Both the position numbers and the translations under genes were made by a program. 64,000 nt of DNA, taken from assembly GCA_033762295.1 (NCBI GenBank), contig JANRLW010000006.1:1-64000 (forward strand), in the 5' to 3' direction. Numbering within the stretch: the stretch's first letter is position 1; every line of letters starts with the position of its first letter. Positions 38,715 through 48,974 of this stretch are shown here, in pieces. The stretch comes from Capsulimonadales bacterium. Its GTDB lineage: Bacteria > Armatimonadota > Armatimonadia > Armatimonadales > Armatimonadaceae. A model generated the notes under the pieces. The model saw only the letters and a program-made list of their open reading frames with translations, searched no databases and had not been told where the DNA came from.

Positions 38715-39365
38715 GTGAACGAGTTCGGTTTCCCTTCCGGGGGAAGTATGGAGTTTTTTCCGAGCCCGGCGGAGTGGGCGAAAATTTTTCTACCCGAATC
38801 CGGCATCGGTGAACGGATTCTCCGACCGACCGTCGTTTATCTCGTCCTGCTCCTGGCCTTACGGATGTCCGGCAAGCGGGAGATCGGGCAGCTCAGTCCG
38901 TTCGATTTTCTGATTGTGGTGCTGATTGCCGACGCCGTGCAGAACGGAATGGTCGGCGACGATACCTCGTTGCTCGGGAACCTGATTCCCGCACTGACGC
39001 TGATCGGCCTGTCGGTGATCTTCGACCGGATCACGTTCCGATCGGAAAAGGCGGCGCGGGTGGTCGAAGGGCAGCCCTCGCTTTTGATTTATGAAGGTCG
39101 GTTGATCGAGGAGAACTGCCGCCGGGAAACGGTGGCGCGTGAGGAATTGATGGCAACCCTGCGAAAGCACGGAATCGCCAGTTTGCGGGAGGTCCGATTT
39201 GCCGTTTTGGAAACCGCCGGGAATGTCAGTGTGATCCGTTCCGACGCACCGATTCCGGGTTCGGAGGACGATACGGTTTCCGAGATGATTTACGAACAGG
39301 TCCGGAAGGCGGACCTTCGCGACCGGTATGATCCCCCGAGGGGAAGCGACAAACAGAATGACTGA
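38715..39365 (+). CDS. DUF421/YetF family membrane protein
   Basis: R.SGKREIGQLSPFDF, G.P.LLI..G, AVLE..G..SV. Confidence 0.88.
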   Translation: MNEFGFPSGGSMEFFPSPAEWAKIFLPESGIGERILRPTVVYLVLLLALRMSGKREIGQLSPFDFLIVVLIADAVQNGMVGDDTSLLGNLIPALTLIGLSVIFDRITFRSEKAARVVEGQPSLLIYEGRLIEENCRRETVAREELMATLRKHGIASLREVRFAVLETAGNVSVIRSDAPIPGSEDDTVSEMIYEQVRKADLRDRYDPPRGSDKQND

Positions 39366-40566
39366 TCCATATTCGTTATCGACCGATACCTGGGACCTCC
39401 ATCGCCGCGCGGAGCGCGACCGCTCCCGTCACAACGAAAAGGTCCGTGAGGTCATTAAAAAGAGCCTGAGTGATGTGATCGCGAACGAAGACATCATTAC
39501 GGCCGATAAAAACAAGATCGTCAAAATCCCCGTCCGGGGTCTGGAACTGCCGCACATCCGTTTCGATCCGAACGATCGGGAGCGGGTCGGCCAGGGCCAG
39601 GGCGACACGAAACCCGGCGATGTCATCGCTCGCGCCCCGGCTCAGAAAGGCCCCGGCAAGGGCAAGGAGGCAGGACAGGAACCCGGCCAGGATTTTTACG
39701 AGGCCGAGTTCACCGTGGACGAACTCGCCCGAATGGTCTTTGAAGACCTGCACCTGCCGAATCTGGAGGACCGGGGCGCAAAACAGATTCCGTCCGATAT
39801 CCTCGATTTCAATTCCGTGGCGCGGCGCGGACTGGTCGCCAATCTGGACCGGAAACGCACGATTCTTGAAGCGATGCGACGGAACGCTCGTGAAGCCGGC
39901 CGGAGTTCCGAACTTTCCGAGTCCTCGGGTGATGTAAACAGCCGCCCGAAACTGATCATTCGGGAAGAGGACAAACGGTTCAAAACCTGGGAGATCGTCA
40001 CCGAACCGCAGCGGAACGCCGTGATCTTCGCCATGCGCGACGTCTCCGGATCGATGGGTGAGTTCGAGGCGTACATCTGCCGTTCGTTCTACTTCTGGAT
40101 GCTCCGATTCCTGCGAACGAAATATACGAACTGCGAGATCGTCTTTATCACCTGCCATACCGAGGCGAAGGAGGTCGATGAGGCCCGCTTCTTCTCCCTG
40201 GGCGATTCCGGCGGCACCCGCATGTCCTCCGCCTATTCGCTATGTATCGATATCATCAACAAGCGATACAATCCCCGTGAGTGGAACATCTACCCGTTCC
40301 TCTTCTCGGACGGGTACAACTGGGGCGACCAGGAGTGCGTCCAACTGGTCCGACGACTGCTCGGGATCGTAAATCTGATCGGTTACGGCGAAATCGGCAG
40401 CGAAGGCTGGCAATCGTCGTTCGGTTTCGCCCCGCTCGGTCAGGCGTACGAGGATGCGTTCGCGAATGATCGCCGGGTCGTGCTCGTCAAGATCAACGAT
40501 AAGGACGACGTCTGGCCGGCGCTCCAGAAATTCTTCTCGGGTAAACCGGCTTCGGTAACACGTTAA
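39358..40566 (+). CDS. yeaH: YeaH/YhbH (DUF444) vWA-like protein
   Basis: DVSGSM, SGGT..SS, WNIYPFLFSDGYN; prkA/spoVR context. Confidence 0.9.
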   Translation: MTDPYSLSTDTWDLHRRAERDRSRHNEKVREVIKKSLSDVIANEDIITADKNKIVKIPVRGLELPHIRFDPNDRERVGQGQGDTKPGDVIARAPAQKGPGKGKEAGQEPGQDFYEAEFTVDELARMVFEDLHLPNLEDRGAKQIPSDILDFNSVARRGLVANLDRKRTILEAMRRNAREAGRSSELSESSGDVNSRPKLIIREEDKRFKTWEIVTEPQRNAVIFAMRDVSGSMGEFEAYICRSFYFWMLRFLRTKYTNCEIVFITCHTEAKEVDEARFFSLGDSGGTRMSSAYSLCIDIINKRYNPREWNIYPFLFSDGYNWGDQECVQLVRRLLGIVNLIGYGEIGSEGWQSSFGFAPLGQAYEDAFANDRRVVLVKINDKDDVWPALQKFFSGKPASVTR

Positions 40567-40576
40567 GGAGGCAAGT

Positions 40577-40825
40577 ATGGCAGCCAGAGTTAAAATATTT
40601 CAAACAAACCCCTACCAAACCGGTGGGCCGATCGCCACGGAACTGGAACAAAGTATCAATGAATGGCTGGAAGCCAACCCCGCCCTTCGAATCGTTCACG
40701 CCCAGACCTGCGCCCTTCCGCCGTCGACGACGGAAAGCCAGCCTGCCGGTACCGTTCTATGCATGGTCTTTTATGTGGATTCCCGAACGGATGGCGATCG
40801 AAGGGCCGGGTTCCTGCGCGATTAG
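40577..40825 (+). CDS. Small hypothetical protein
   Basis: TAAGGAGG RBS; VKIF..LEQSINEWL...MVFY small alpha/beta pattern. Confidence 0.7.
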   Translation: MAARVKIFQTNPYQTGGPIATELEQSINEWLEANPALRIVHAQTCALPPSTTESQPAGTVLCMVFYVDSRTDGDRRAGFLRD

Positions 40826-40847
40826 GACGCCGTTCTCGCCCGATTCG

Positions 40848-41909
40848 GTGCCATCTCCGACGTCATCAAGCCCGGAGCGACCGAACCGCCGTTCGCTTCG
40901 GGTCGCCATGGCCGTTCCCTGGCCGGAACGGGGAAACTGGGTCTGGGAGTATCTGCCTTCCGATGCGGACTGCGCGGGCACCATTTTGCCCGCCGTATCG
41001 GCGGTCCGATCGGTCGCTCACCGGACCCTCCCCCCGTATTTGCGGGAGTTCGCGGCGTTGTGGCCGCAACGGCATCGTCTGCAGGACGTTGATGTCCTGT
41101 TCGCCTGGGAACTGCGCACGACCCTGGCGCTGGCGGTCCTGCGACGCCGGTACGGAAAAGGCGGCCCGAAACTGGTCTCGGTCGCGCCCATTTTCAAAGG
41201 CCCCGTCCTGACCGCATTGCCCGCGATTCGCCCCCTGCTCAGTGAAATCGACCGGTTTCTGTGCGCGGCGTCCGCCGAGTGCGACCATTATTCGTCCCTG
41301 CTTCGGCTGCCGCGGACGCGTTTCGCCTTCGAACCGCTCGCCTGGTTGCCGAACGAGGAACCGGTCTTCGAGCATCGCGGGTTCGCCCTGGCTCTGGGGC
41401 GGTCCAACCGGGATTATTCGCTCCTGTTGAAGGCGGTCGAGGGAACCGGGATTCCGCTGACCATCGTCTCCGGGAACGACCGATTCATAAGGAACCGACC
41501 TCTTCCGAACGGGGTCACGGTTCGCTGTAATACAGGGCACGAGGAGACGGCTTCCCTGGTGGCCGACGCCATGTTTCATATCATTCCGCTGGTCGCTCAG
41601 TCGTATTCCTCGGGGACGACCGTCCTGCTCCGCGCCATGGCACGGGGGAAAGCCGTGATTCTGACCGACACCACCGGTTCACGCGACTACGTCCGTTCCG
41701 GGGAGAACGGGATTCTGGTTCCTCCCGGCGATGTCGACGCCCTGCGGCAGGAGATGGTCCGGTTGGCCACCGACACGGATTTGAGACGACGTCTCGGTGA
41801 GGCGGCCGCCCGGACCGTTCGGGAGAGATTTCACTTTCACGGGTTCGCGTCCGCTCTGTTGCGGGTCGCCCGGGAATTGACCAACGATGCGCCGCACACG
41901 GCGCGGTAA
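40848..41909 (+). CDS. GT4 (GT-B) glycosyltransferase
   Basis: GRSNRDY, G.TVLLRAMARGKAVI, ENGILVPPGD; start uncertain (40848 GTG or 40908 ATG). Confidence 0.82.
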   Translation: MPSPTSSSPERPNRRSLRVAMAVPWPERGNWVWEYLPSDADCAGTILPAVSAVRSVAHRTLPPYLREFAALWPQRHRLQDVDVLFAWELRTTLALAVLRRRYGKGGPKLVSVAPIFKGPVLTALPAIRPLLSEIDRFLCAASAECDHYSSLLRLPRTRFAFEPLAWLPNEEPVFEHRGFALALGRSNRDYSLLLKAVEGTGIPLTIVSGNDRFIRNRPLPNGVTVRCNTGHEETASLVADAMFHIIPLVAQSYSSGTTVLLRAMARGKAVILTDTTGSRDYVRSGENGILVPPGDVDALRQEMVRLATDTDLRRRLGEAAARTVRERFHFHGFASALLRVARELTNDAPHTAR

Positions 41910-41927
41910 GGAAGCAGGCTATTCAAT

Positions 41928-43373
41928 ATGCTGTCGTATGCGGAGCGAGAGGAGCTCGAGCGGTCGATCGACGAGATCTGGCAGATCGCCCTCGATATGG
42001 GGTACGACCCCTACCCGATTCATTTTGAAGTGGTGCCGGTTCACGTCATTTACGAACTTGGCGCGTACGCCTTGCCGGCGCGCTTCTCCCACTGGACCTT
42101 CGGGCGGGACTACCATCGGCAGAAAACGTCCTATGAATACGGGTACAGCAAGATCTACGAGATCGTCTTTAACACCGATCCGTGTCAGGCGTTTCTGATG
42201 GATTCCAACTCGATGCTCAGCCACAAACTGGTGGTCGCCCATGTCATCGGGCACTGTCACTTTTTCAAGCACAACACCTATTTCGGACATACCGACCGGC
42301 GGATGGTGGAAAAGGTCCGGCTCCATCGGGATCGCATCGCGCAGTATGAAGAGGAGTTCGGATGGCGGGAGGTCGAGAATTTCCTGGATGCCGTGCTCTG
42401 CATCGATGAACATTTCGATCCGACCGCTCCGCTTCTGCGAAGTTTACCTCCGGGTTCGGTCGCCGGCAGAACGGACGGGCGCACCAGCGAATACGACGAT
42501 CTCTGGTCCCTGTTAACGCCGACCGAAAAACCCAAACCGCGGCAGCGGCGTTTCCCCGAAGAACCGGAAAAGGACCTGCTGCAGTTCCTTGCCCGATACG
42601 GGCGAGAACTCGAGGAGTGGCAGCGGGATATCGTTTCCATGGTCCGGGAGGAGATGCTTTACTTCCTGCCACAGATGCGGACGAAAATTATGAATGAAGG
42701 GTTTGCCTCGCTCGCTCACGAACGAATCCTGGAGAACTACCTCATCAAGCCGGAGGATATCTGGGAGTTTCGCCGTCTGCACTCCGGGGTGCTTTCCCCG
42801 TCGCCGTCGCCGGGGAGCATCAATCCGTACTATGTCGGCTTCCAGATCCTGAAGAATATCGAACGCCGGTGGGACGGCGTTCGGGACGAGGACGACGAAC
42901 CGGAGACCGACTGGCTCGGGAACGTAAAGAAACGTCCGCAGGGTGAGGGATGGAAAAAGGTGTTCGAGGTCTGCGAAGAGGAGAACGACGTGACGTTTCT
43001 ACGCAAGTACCTCACGCCCGAACTGGTCAAACGGCTCGATCTGTATACGTACAAGCGGGAGGAACGGGACGGAGAGGAGTTCTGGGTCGTTCAAACCACC
43101 GACTGGGAGAAGGTTCGCGACACGATGGTCGATGGCATGACCAACATGGGCGTTCCGATCATTCGTGTGGAGGATGCGGATTATCGCCGACACGGGGACC
43201 TGTTGCTGGTCCATGCTCATGATGGCAAGGACCTGGACATCGACTACACCGAAAAGACGATGCGTGCCATCCATCGCCTCTGGGGCCGACCGGTGCATCT
43301 GCAGACCCGACTCGATAACGGTGACGTTCGACTGACGTTCGACGGTGAGAAACATACCCAGGAACCGGTCTGA
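41928..43373 (+). CDS. spoVR: SpoVR/YcgB family protein
   Basis: HWTFG, IYEIVFN, AHV.GH.HFFK, TKIMNEG.AS, NPYYVG, LWGRPV. Confidence 0.95.
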   Translation: MLSYAEREELERSIDEIWQIALDMGYDPYPIHFEVVPVHVIYELGAYALPARFSHWTFGRDYHRQKTSYEYGYSKIYEIVFNTDPCQAFLMDSNSMLSHKLVVAHVIGHCHFFKHNTYFGHTDRRMVEKVRLHRDRIAQYEEEFGWREVENFLDAVLCIDEHFDPTAPLLRSLPPGSVAGRTDGRTSEYDDLWSLLTPTEKPKPRQRRFPEEPEKDLLQFLARYGRELEEWQRDIVSMVREEMLYFLPQMRTKIMNEGFASLAHERILENYLIKPEDIWEFRRLHSGVLSPSPSPGSINPYYVGFQILKNIERRWDGVRDEDDEPETDWLGNVKKRPQGEGWKKVFEVCEEENDVTFLRKYLTPELVKRLDLYTYKREERDGEEFWVVQTTDWEKVRDTMVDGMTNMGVPIIRVEDADYRRHGDLLLVHAHDGKDLDIDYTEKTMRAIHRLWGRPVHLQTRLDNGDVRLTFDGEKHTQEPV

Positions 43374-43387
43374 GAGTCTCCGAGCGT

Positions 43388-43411
43388 CGTCCGCCCGTTG
43401 TCGGGCGGACG
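43388..43411. terminator. Hairpin between convergent genes
   Basis: cgtccgcccg-ttgt-cgggcggacg perfect 10-bp stem. Confidence 0.55.
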
Positions 43412-43418
43412 TTCCGGC

Positions 43419-43520
43419 TCAGTGCAGGCCGGGAATCGGCACGGCGAAAAGTACCATCGCCAGCAGCACGGCGCACAGGACGATCAGAAAATGAAAGTCG
43501 CTTCTGCGAGGATGGACCAT
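43419..43520 (-). CDS. 33-aa single-TM peptide (below ORF-track cutoff)
   Basis: AGGAG RBS; MVHPRRSDFHFLIVLCAVLLAMVLFAVPIPGLH*. Confidence 0.55.
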   Translation of the reverse strand: MVHPRRSDFHFLIVLCAVLLAMVLFAVPIPGLH

Positions 43521-43620
43521 TGCGTATTCTCCTGTTCTCGTTGAGTGTGTGTTACGATTCGGACGGAACCGGTTCCGTTCGGGTTCCCATTGACCGGAAA
43601 GGATCGGACCGGAAAATCTT

Positions 43621-44844
43621 ATGCACTGTTCGCCCTGGGACGTGGCGCGCCGTTACGCGGAGGCATCGGAACGTCGGGTTATTGGCCTGATGTCAGGAAC
43701 GTCGGTGGATGGCGTCGATGCCGTTCTGATCAGCATCTCCGGTTGCGGTCGGGCGACGACGTTCCGTCAGGTCGCGTTTCATACCGAACCGTTTCCGCCT
43801 CGCCTGCGTTCGGAGATTCTGGGCCTGTCTCACGGCGACGGCAACGCCGAAACCGTCGCCCAGGCAAATGTCGCCCTGGCTCACCTTTTCGGGCAGGCGA
43901 TCGCCAGTTTGCTGCGGTCGATACCGGAGGAGGAACGCCATTTCGATCTGATCGCCAGCCACGGGCAGACCGTTTCGCACCGTCCTCCCGTTCCGACCTC
44001 CCAGCCCCTCACGTTCGGACGACATGGTGCCACGCTGCAGATCGGGGATGCGTCGTACCTGGCGCAACGCTGGGGGGTTCCCGTGATCGCCGATTTCCGC
44101 ATGGCCGATATGGCCGTGGGCGGTCAGGGGGCGCCGCTGGTTCCGTTCGCTGACTGGTGCCTGCTCACCCATCCCGAACGGTACCGGGCGGTTCAGAATA
44201 TCGGCGGAATCGCCAATGTCACTTACCTCCGCGCCGACGCCGCCCCGGAACAGTTGATCGGTTTCGACACCGGGCCGGGCAATATGCTGATCGATCGAGC
44301 GGTCGTCCACTTTACCCGGGGAGCCGCGACGTTCGACCGGAACGCCGCCTTCGCCCGAAAAGGGCGCATCCGGCATGACCTCCTGGAATACCTGCTGAAC
44401 GACCCCTTCCTTTTTCGATCGCCCCCAAAATCCGCCGGCCGGGAGGAGTTCGGTGACGGGTATTTCCGCCGACTGTTGCAGGCGTTGCCGCAGAGCGACA
44501 CATGGTTTCGGCCGGAATCGTTTCACGACGCGATCGCCACTCTGACCGCGTTCACCGCGTTCTCCATTATCGACGCCTACGAACGGTTTCTGCCACGGAT
44601 GCCCGACGAGGTGATTGTCGGGGGCGGCGGGTCCAGGAACCCGTTTCTCATGGATCTCCTGCGCGAACGGCTGGCTCCGGCGAGCGTCCTGACCCATGAG
44701 GAGGTAGGGATCGATAGCGATGCCAAGGAGGCGATCGCCTTCGCGCTTCTGGCGAACGAGACCATGCTTGGAAATCCGTCGAACCTTCCCTCGGTCACCG
44801 GTGCCTCCCGTTCGGTGTGCCTCGGGAAGATCGCCCTGCCCTGA
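43621..44844 (+). CDS. anmK: Anhydro-N-acetylmuramic acid kinase
   Basis: GLMSGTSVDG, SHGQT, DFR..D...GGQGAPLVP, NIGGIAN, FDTGPGN, KEAIAFA. Confidence 0.96.
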   Translation: MHCSPWDVARRYAEASERRVIGLMSGTSVDGVDAVLISISGCGRATTFRQVAFHTEPFPPRLRSEILGLSHGDGNAETVAQANVALAHLFGQAIASLLRSIPEEERHFDLIASHGQTVSHRPPVPTSQPLTFGRHGATLQIGDASYLAQRWGVPVIADFRMADMAVGGQGAPLVPFADWCLLTHPERYRAVQNIGGIANVTYLRADAAPEQLIGFDTGPGNMLIDRAVVHFTRGAATFDRNAAFARKGRIRHDLLEYLLNDPFLFRSPPKSAGREEFGDGYFRRLLQALPQSDTWFRPESFHDAIATLTAFTAFSIIDAYERFLPRMPDEVIVGGGGSRNPFLMDLLRERLAPASVLTHEEVGIDSDAKEAIAFALLANETMLGNPSNLPSVTGASRSVCLGKIALP

Positions 44845-44995
44845 TTTCGCTGCCGTTCGAAGGGTCCGCAGATATTGGCTCCGAAAAGCCCGGTAGGAAT
44901 CGCGGCGTATCCTTTTTCCTCTCCGCGTGTCGGATTTTCATCGGTAGTTACCGAACACAAACGGTTCGATGTACGCGCCACAGGAGGACTAGGTA

Positions 44996-46507
44996 TTGAA
45001 CTTTTTCGACGGGTCCATCCCGCCCGGAACGCTCGCGTTACTCGGGATCTGCCTGGCCATTGCCCTCGGCTTTGAGTTTGTCAACGGCTTTCACGACACC
45101 GCCAATGCCGTTGCGACGGTCATCTACACCAAATCCCTTCGACCGGGCGTCGCCGTCGTCTGGTCCGGCATCATGAATCTGATCGGCGTGTTGACCGGGG
45201 GAACGGCGGTCGCTTTCGGTATCGTTCACCTTCTCCCGGTCGATCTTCTTCTCAACATCGGTCAGACCGCCGGTCTGCTGATGGTTCTTTCCCTCCTTTT
45301 GTCCGCCATTCTCTGGAATATCGGGACCTGGTACTTCGGGTTACCGGCCTCCTCCTCTCACGCGCTGATCGGTTCGATCCTCGGCGTCGGGTTCGCCAGT
45401 TCCCTTCTCTCGGGCAATCCCGGGGCGGGAGTGAACTGGGACAAGGCGCAGCAAACCGGTCTGTCGCTTTTGATCTCTCCCCTGCTGGGGTTTGTGGCTG
45501 CGGGTCTCCTGCTTCTGCTGATGAAGGCGATCGTTCGTAATCCGAAACTGTATCAGGAGCCGGACGGGGATACGCCGCCGCCCTGGTGGATACGGGGGAT
45601 TCTTTTCCTGACCTGTACCGGCGTCAGTCTGTCGCATGGGTCAAACGACGGTCAGAAAGGGATCGGACTGATCATGCTGATCCTGATCGGTCTGTTGCCC
45701 GCGCAGTATGCCGTCAATCCGGCGCTCACGCCCGAACGAACGATCGCCGTTCTGTCGGCGGTTCGTGATGCCCGCACCGTTCTGGCGAGCTTTCCCGATG
45801 CCTCCGAGACGGACGCCAGGCTTGCCGAGGCGGAGGAGCGCCTAAAGGCGGGACCACCGATCCTTTCCCGTTCGGCGGAGGAGCGCAAGGCCGTCCGCGC
45901 CTCAGTTCTGACAGCCGATGATGCGCTTTCCCGGTACGTCAAGAAGCATGGCGCAACCCTCACCGAATCCCAGCGTACCGTGCTGAAAACCGCGAACAAA
46001 GCGATGCAGGGCGTCGTCGATTTCGTCGCGAACTGGGTCGTTTACGCCGTGGCGCTGGCGCTCGGGATCGGGACCACGGTTGGCTGGAAGCGGATCGTCG
46101 TCACCGTCGGCGAGAAAATCGGCAAAACGCACCTGACCTACGCCCAGGGGGCGGCGGCGGAACTCGTCGCGATGTGCACGATCCTGGCCGCCGACAAGCT
46201 GGGACTGCCGGTCAGCACCACTCATGTCCTGTCGTCCGGCGTCGCCGGGACGATGGCCGCGAACCGTTCCGGGCTTCAAACGTCCACCGTCCGCAATATC
46301 GCCCTCGCCTGGGTTCTGACCCTTCCGGTGACGATGCTGGTCTCCGGAACCCTGTTCGCGCTGACGGCCGGACCGATGATTCGCCAGTCCCCCCCGCCGC
46401 CCCCGGTGAAGCGGACGCGACAGGCGCCGCTCGCCACTCAAAAGGCCCCTTCCCCGGTTCCGCCGGGGAGGGAGATCGTTCAGAACGACTGGCCGAGAGA
46501 GACGTAG
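44996..46507 (+). CDS. pitA: Inorganic phosphate transporter (PiT family)
   Basis: NGFHDTANAVAT, SSSH, HGSNDGQK, PVSTTH. Confidence 0.92.
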   Translation: MNFFDGSIPPGTLALLGICLAIALGFEFVNGFHDTANAVATVIYTKSLRPGVAVVWSGIMNLIGVLTGGTAVAFGIVHLLPVDLLLNIGQTAGLLMVLSLLLSAILWNIGTWYFGLPASSSHALIGSILGVGFASSLLSGNPGAGVNWDKAQQTGLSLLISPLLGFVAAGLLLLLMKAIVRNPKLYQEPDGDTPPPWWIRGILFLTCTGVSLSHGSNDGQKGIGLIMLILIGLLPAQYAVNPALTPERTIAVLSAVRDARTVLASFPDASETDARLAEAEERLKAGPPILSRSAEERKAVRASVLTADDALSRYVKKHGATLTESQRTVLKTANKAMQGVVDFVANWVVYAVALALGIGTTVGWKRIVVTVGEKIGKTHLTYAQGAAAELVAMCTILAADKLGLPVSTTHVLSSGVAGTMAANRSGLQTSTVRNIALAWVLTLPVTMLVSGTLFALTAGPMIRQSPPPPPVKRTRQAPLATQKAPSPVPPGREIVQNDWPRET

Positions 46508-48258
46508 GTTTGCAGGCGGGAACCGTAAGCGGCATCCAGTCGGATCGGACCGAATGGCGAGAAGAACCGGAGACCGAGTCCGACGGACCCTTTCAGGTCG
46601 TTGAACCCGACCGACTGCCCCGGTTCCCATGCCTGCCCCAGGTCGCTGAAGGCGACTGCCTGCAGCCCGGAACCGATAGGGATACGCAGTTCGGCGGTGG
46701 AAAGGGCGAACCGATCCCCACGAATCGAGAAAAGGTCGTATCCGCGCAGGAGGTCGAATCCTCCGAGAAAGAACTGTTCGGAAAGCGGAACATCCCCCTG
46801 AGAGTATCCGCCGAGGAGGCGAAGGGCGAACACCGGACCTGGCACGGTTCCCGAGCCGGATCTGCGTGGGGGCGGCGACAGGACGGGCGTGTACTGACGA
46901 AGATCCAGGGTCAGCTGGGTGAACGCCCGATTGCCACCGAAAACGGCTCCGGCGCGCTCCGCGATCAGTTCATGCCGGTAGCCACGACTGGGGGTTTCGG
47001 CGGAGTCACGTCCGTCGGCGATCAGGTCGATACCGACCGCGCCGACCGTCCCGGCGGACGTCCGCAGCGCCTCGATCGGCGGGTTGAGGTCGGTCGGAAC
47101 CGCGTCGTAACCGACGAGATCACGCCGCGCGGTGACGAACCCTTCCCAGTTTCCGGCAAACCGTCGGCCCAGGCGTCCACGAACCCCGCTTCGGCGTTCA
47201 TAACTGCGTACCGTTTCCCGGCCGCCGGCAAAAAACGGCAAAAAGACGGTATTCCGATTATAGAATTGGATTCCGACCCCGAGGCTGTTCTGGCCGAGAG
47301 TCGGAATTTCATAGGAGAAGCCGGCGGCGAACCGGCTGTTCGTCGCCCGTAGCGTTCCGTCGGAGGCGATCTGGGTCTGGGCCGTACGCTGCCATTCGAC
47401 GCCGATCCGATGGCCTGTGCCCAGCAGGTTGTTCTCGGAGAGATCGAGGAACCCGACGGCCCCGATATTGTCGGTGTAGCCGACGGTGGCCGCGACGTTC
47501 ACGGTCGGTTGGTCCCTGACGCGCACCACCAGATCGATTTCCCCGACATCCGCCGACGGCACCAGCGGGCCGGCGGGGACCGGCGCGGCAGCGGATTCGG
47601 TCGGTTCCGCCGACGGCGGAACGACGGGCGGATCGGCGGGAGACGACGTCGGGTTGGCGGGAGGAGACGTCGGGTCGGCGTCCGGATCGTTCGGGTTCTC
47701 TTCCGTCGGTCCTCCCGGCACCCTCGGGGCGATACTGATATCGGCGAAGATCCCGAGGCGGCTCAGGCGTAAACGCTCGTTCCGTATGGCGGTTTCATTG
47801 TAGACGTCCCCTTCTCCGATCGCGATCGCCCGGCGGATCGTCTGTGTACGGGTTCGGGTGTTTCCGCGAATGATTACCTTACGGATATTTCCTTCGGCGA
47901 TCGTCAGGCGCAGCGTTCCATCGGGTTCCGTCTCGGCATCGGTCACCTGGGCCATCACGTATCCCTTCGCGCGATACACCCCACGGACGGCTTCGACGAT
48001 GGCGCGCACCCCGGCGTCGCTTTTCGGATCGGACAGGGTTTCTCGTATCGCCCGGATCAGGTCGTCGGTGGAAAGCACCCGGTTTCCGGTAAATCGGACC
48101 TCGGTCACTCGAAGGAGCGGCGGAGCGGGTTCCTGAAAACCGGGAGCGATCGTGCGTGCGCCCGCTCCGTTGGCGATCCCTCCGATCACGGGCAGGAGCA
48201 GCAAGCGGAGCACGGAGCGCCGGGCCGAATTTGCGGCCGGAGCGAATGAAAGCGGCAT
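46480..48258 (-). CDS. Omp85/BamA-TamA family outer membrane protein
   Basis: POTRA-like GN..T motifs, NNLLGTG, LGG..LRGY, G.GLRF.SPFGPIRLD, C-terminal GQSF. Confidence 0.88.
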   Translation of the reverse strand: MPLSFAPAANSARRSVLRLLLLPVIGGIANGAGARTIAPGFQEPAPPLLRVTEVRFTGNRVLSTDDLIRAIRETLSDPKSDAGVRAIVEAVRGVYRAKGYVMAQVTDAETEPDGTLRLTIAEGNIRKVIIRGNTRTRTQTIRRAIAIGEGDVYNETAIRNERLRLSRLGIFADISIAPRVPGGPTEENPNDPDADPTSPPANPTSSPADPPVVPPSAEPTESAAAPVPAGPLVPSADVGEIDLVVRVRDQPTVNVAATVGYTDNIGAVGFLDLSENNLLGTGHRIGVEWQRTAQTQIASDGTLRATNSRFAAGFSYEIPTLGQNSLGVGIQFYNRNTVFLPFFAGGRETVRSYERRSGVRGRLGRRFAGNWEGFVTARRDLVGYDAVPTDLNPPIEALRTSAGTVGAVGIDLIADGRDSAETPSRGYRHELIAERAGAVFGGNRAFTQLTLDLRQYTPVLSPPPRRSGSGTVPGPVFALRLLGGYSQGDVPLSEQFFLGGFDLLRGYDLFSIRGDRFALSTAELRIPIGSGLQAVAFSDLGQAWEPGQSVGFNDLKGSVGLGLRFFSPFGPIRLDAAYGSRLQTYVSLGQSF

Positions 48259-48274
48259 AACAACCCTTTCCGAG

Positions 48275-48703
48275 TTACGGATCGGAGCGTGCCTCGGACC
48301 CTTCCGGGGTCGGTTCCGGAATCTCGGACAGGATCGTATCGAGATGGGTATAGGCGGGCGCGCAACAGCAAAGGAAAACCAGGTCGACGGTTCCGATGTT
48401 TTGAATCGTGTGGACGGCGCCGGGTGGAATAGCGATGGCGTCCGAGGGACCGACATCCAACCTTTCCGTTCCGATTCTCATCTCTCCTTCTCCCTGCAGA
48501 ATATAGTATATCTCCTCGGAGACGGGATGGAAATGCGGTTCGGTCGCGCGTCCGGGAGGCAGGGTCGCCTCGGCGAGCGATTGCCGTCGAATGGCCCCCG
48601 GGTTCCGGCCGGGCGCGAGAATCTCTCGAATCAGGCTTCCGTCCCTGGTAACGAAGGGTTCGCACCGATCGCGGTTTCTCATAATGTCTGCTTGCTTAAG
48701 CAT
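48275..48703 (-). CDS. Cupin domain protein
   Basis: HFH...EEIYYILQG.G and IPPG..H.I.N. Confidence 0.88.
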   Translation of the reverse strand: MLKQADIMRNRDRCEPFVTRDGSLIREILAPGRNPGAIRRQSLAEATLPPGRATEPHFHPVSEEIYYILQGEGEMRIGTERLDVGPSDAIAIPPGAVHTIQNIGTVDLVFLCCCAPAYTHLDTILSEIPEPTPEGSEARSDP

Positions 48704-48839
48704 ACGAACTTCCCCTTGTTTTTTTCATTTAAATCAAATAAAATAGCTATCAACCATACAAAATTGGGTATATTTATGTATGGAAAAGCAGTATCATTTT
48801 AAGCGATACAAATTTACTGGAAAATATCTTTTAAAGGGG

Positions 48840-48868
48840 TTGCTAGTCTGTTAGCTTTGACCTATAAT
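48840..48868 (+). promoter_or_regulatory. Sigma70 promoter of the lexA-like gene
   Basis: TTGCTA-17 bp-TATAAT in an AT-rich spacer. Confidence 0.65.
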
Positions 48869-48974
48869 TTTAGCAATTCGGAAGACAACGTTGGGATATT
48901 TTACCCTCAAACACGGTTCAGCATGGAAATAGTGATCACTCGCAAATCCACAGAATTAGCCAAGGAAATTAGTT

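Noticed and set aside
44930..44965. Pho-box-like 11-bp periodicity before pit
   Set aside because: Only weak 4-bp matches; not supportable
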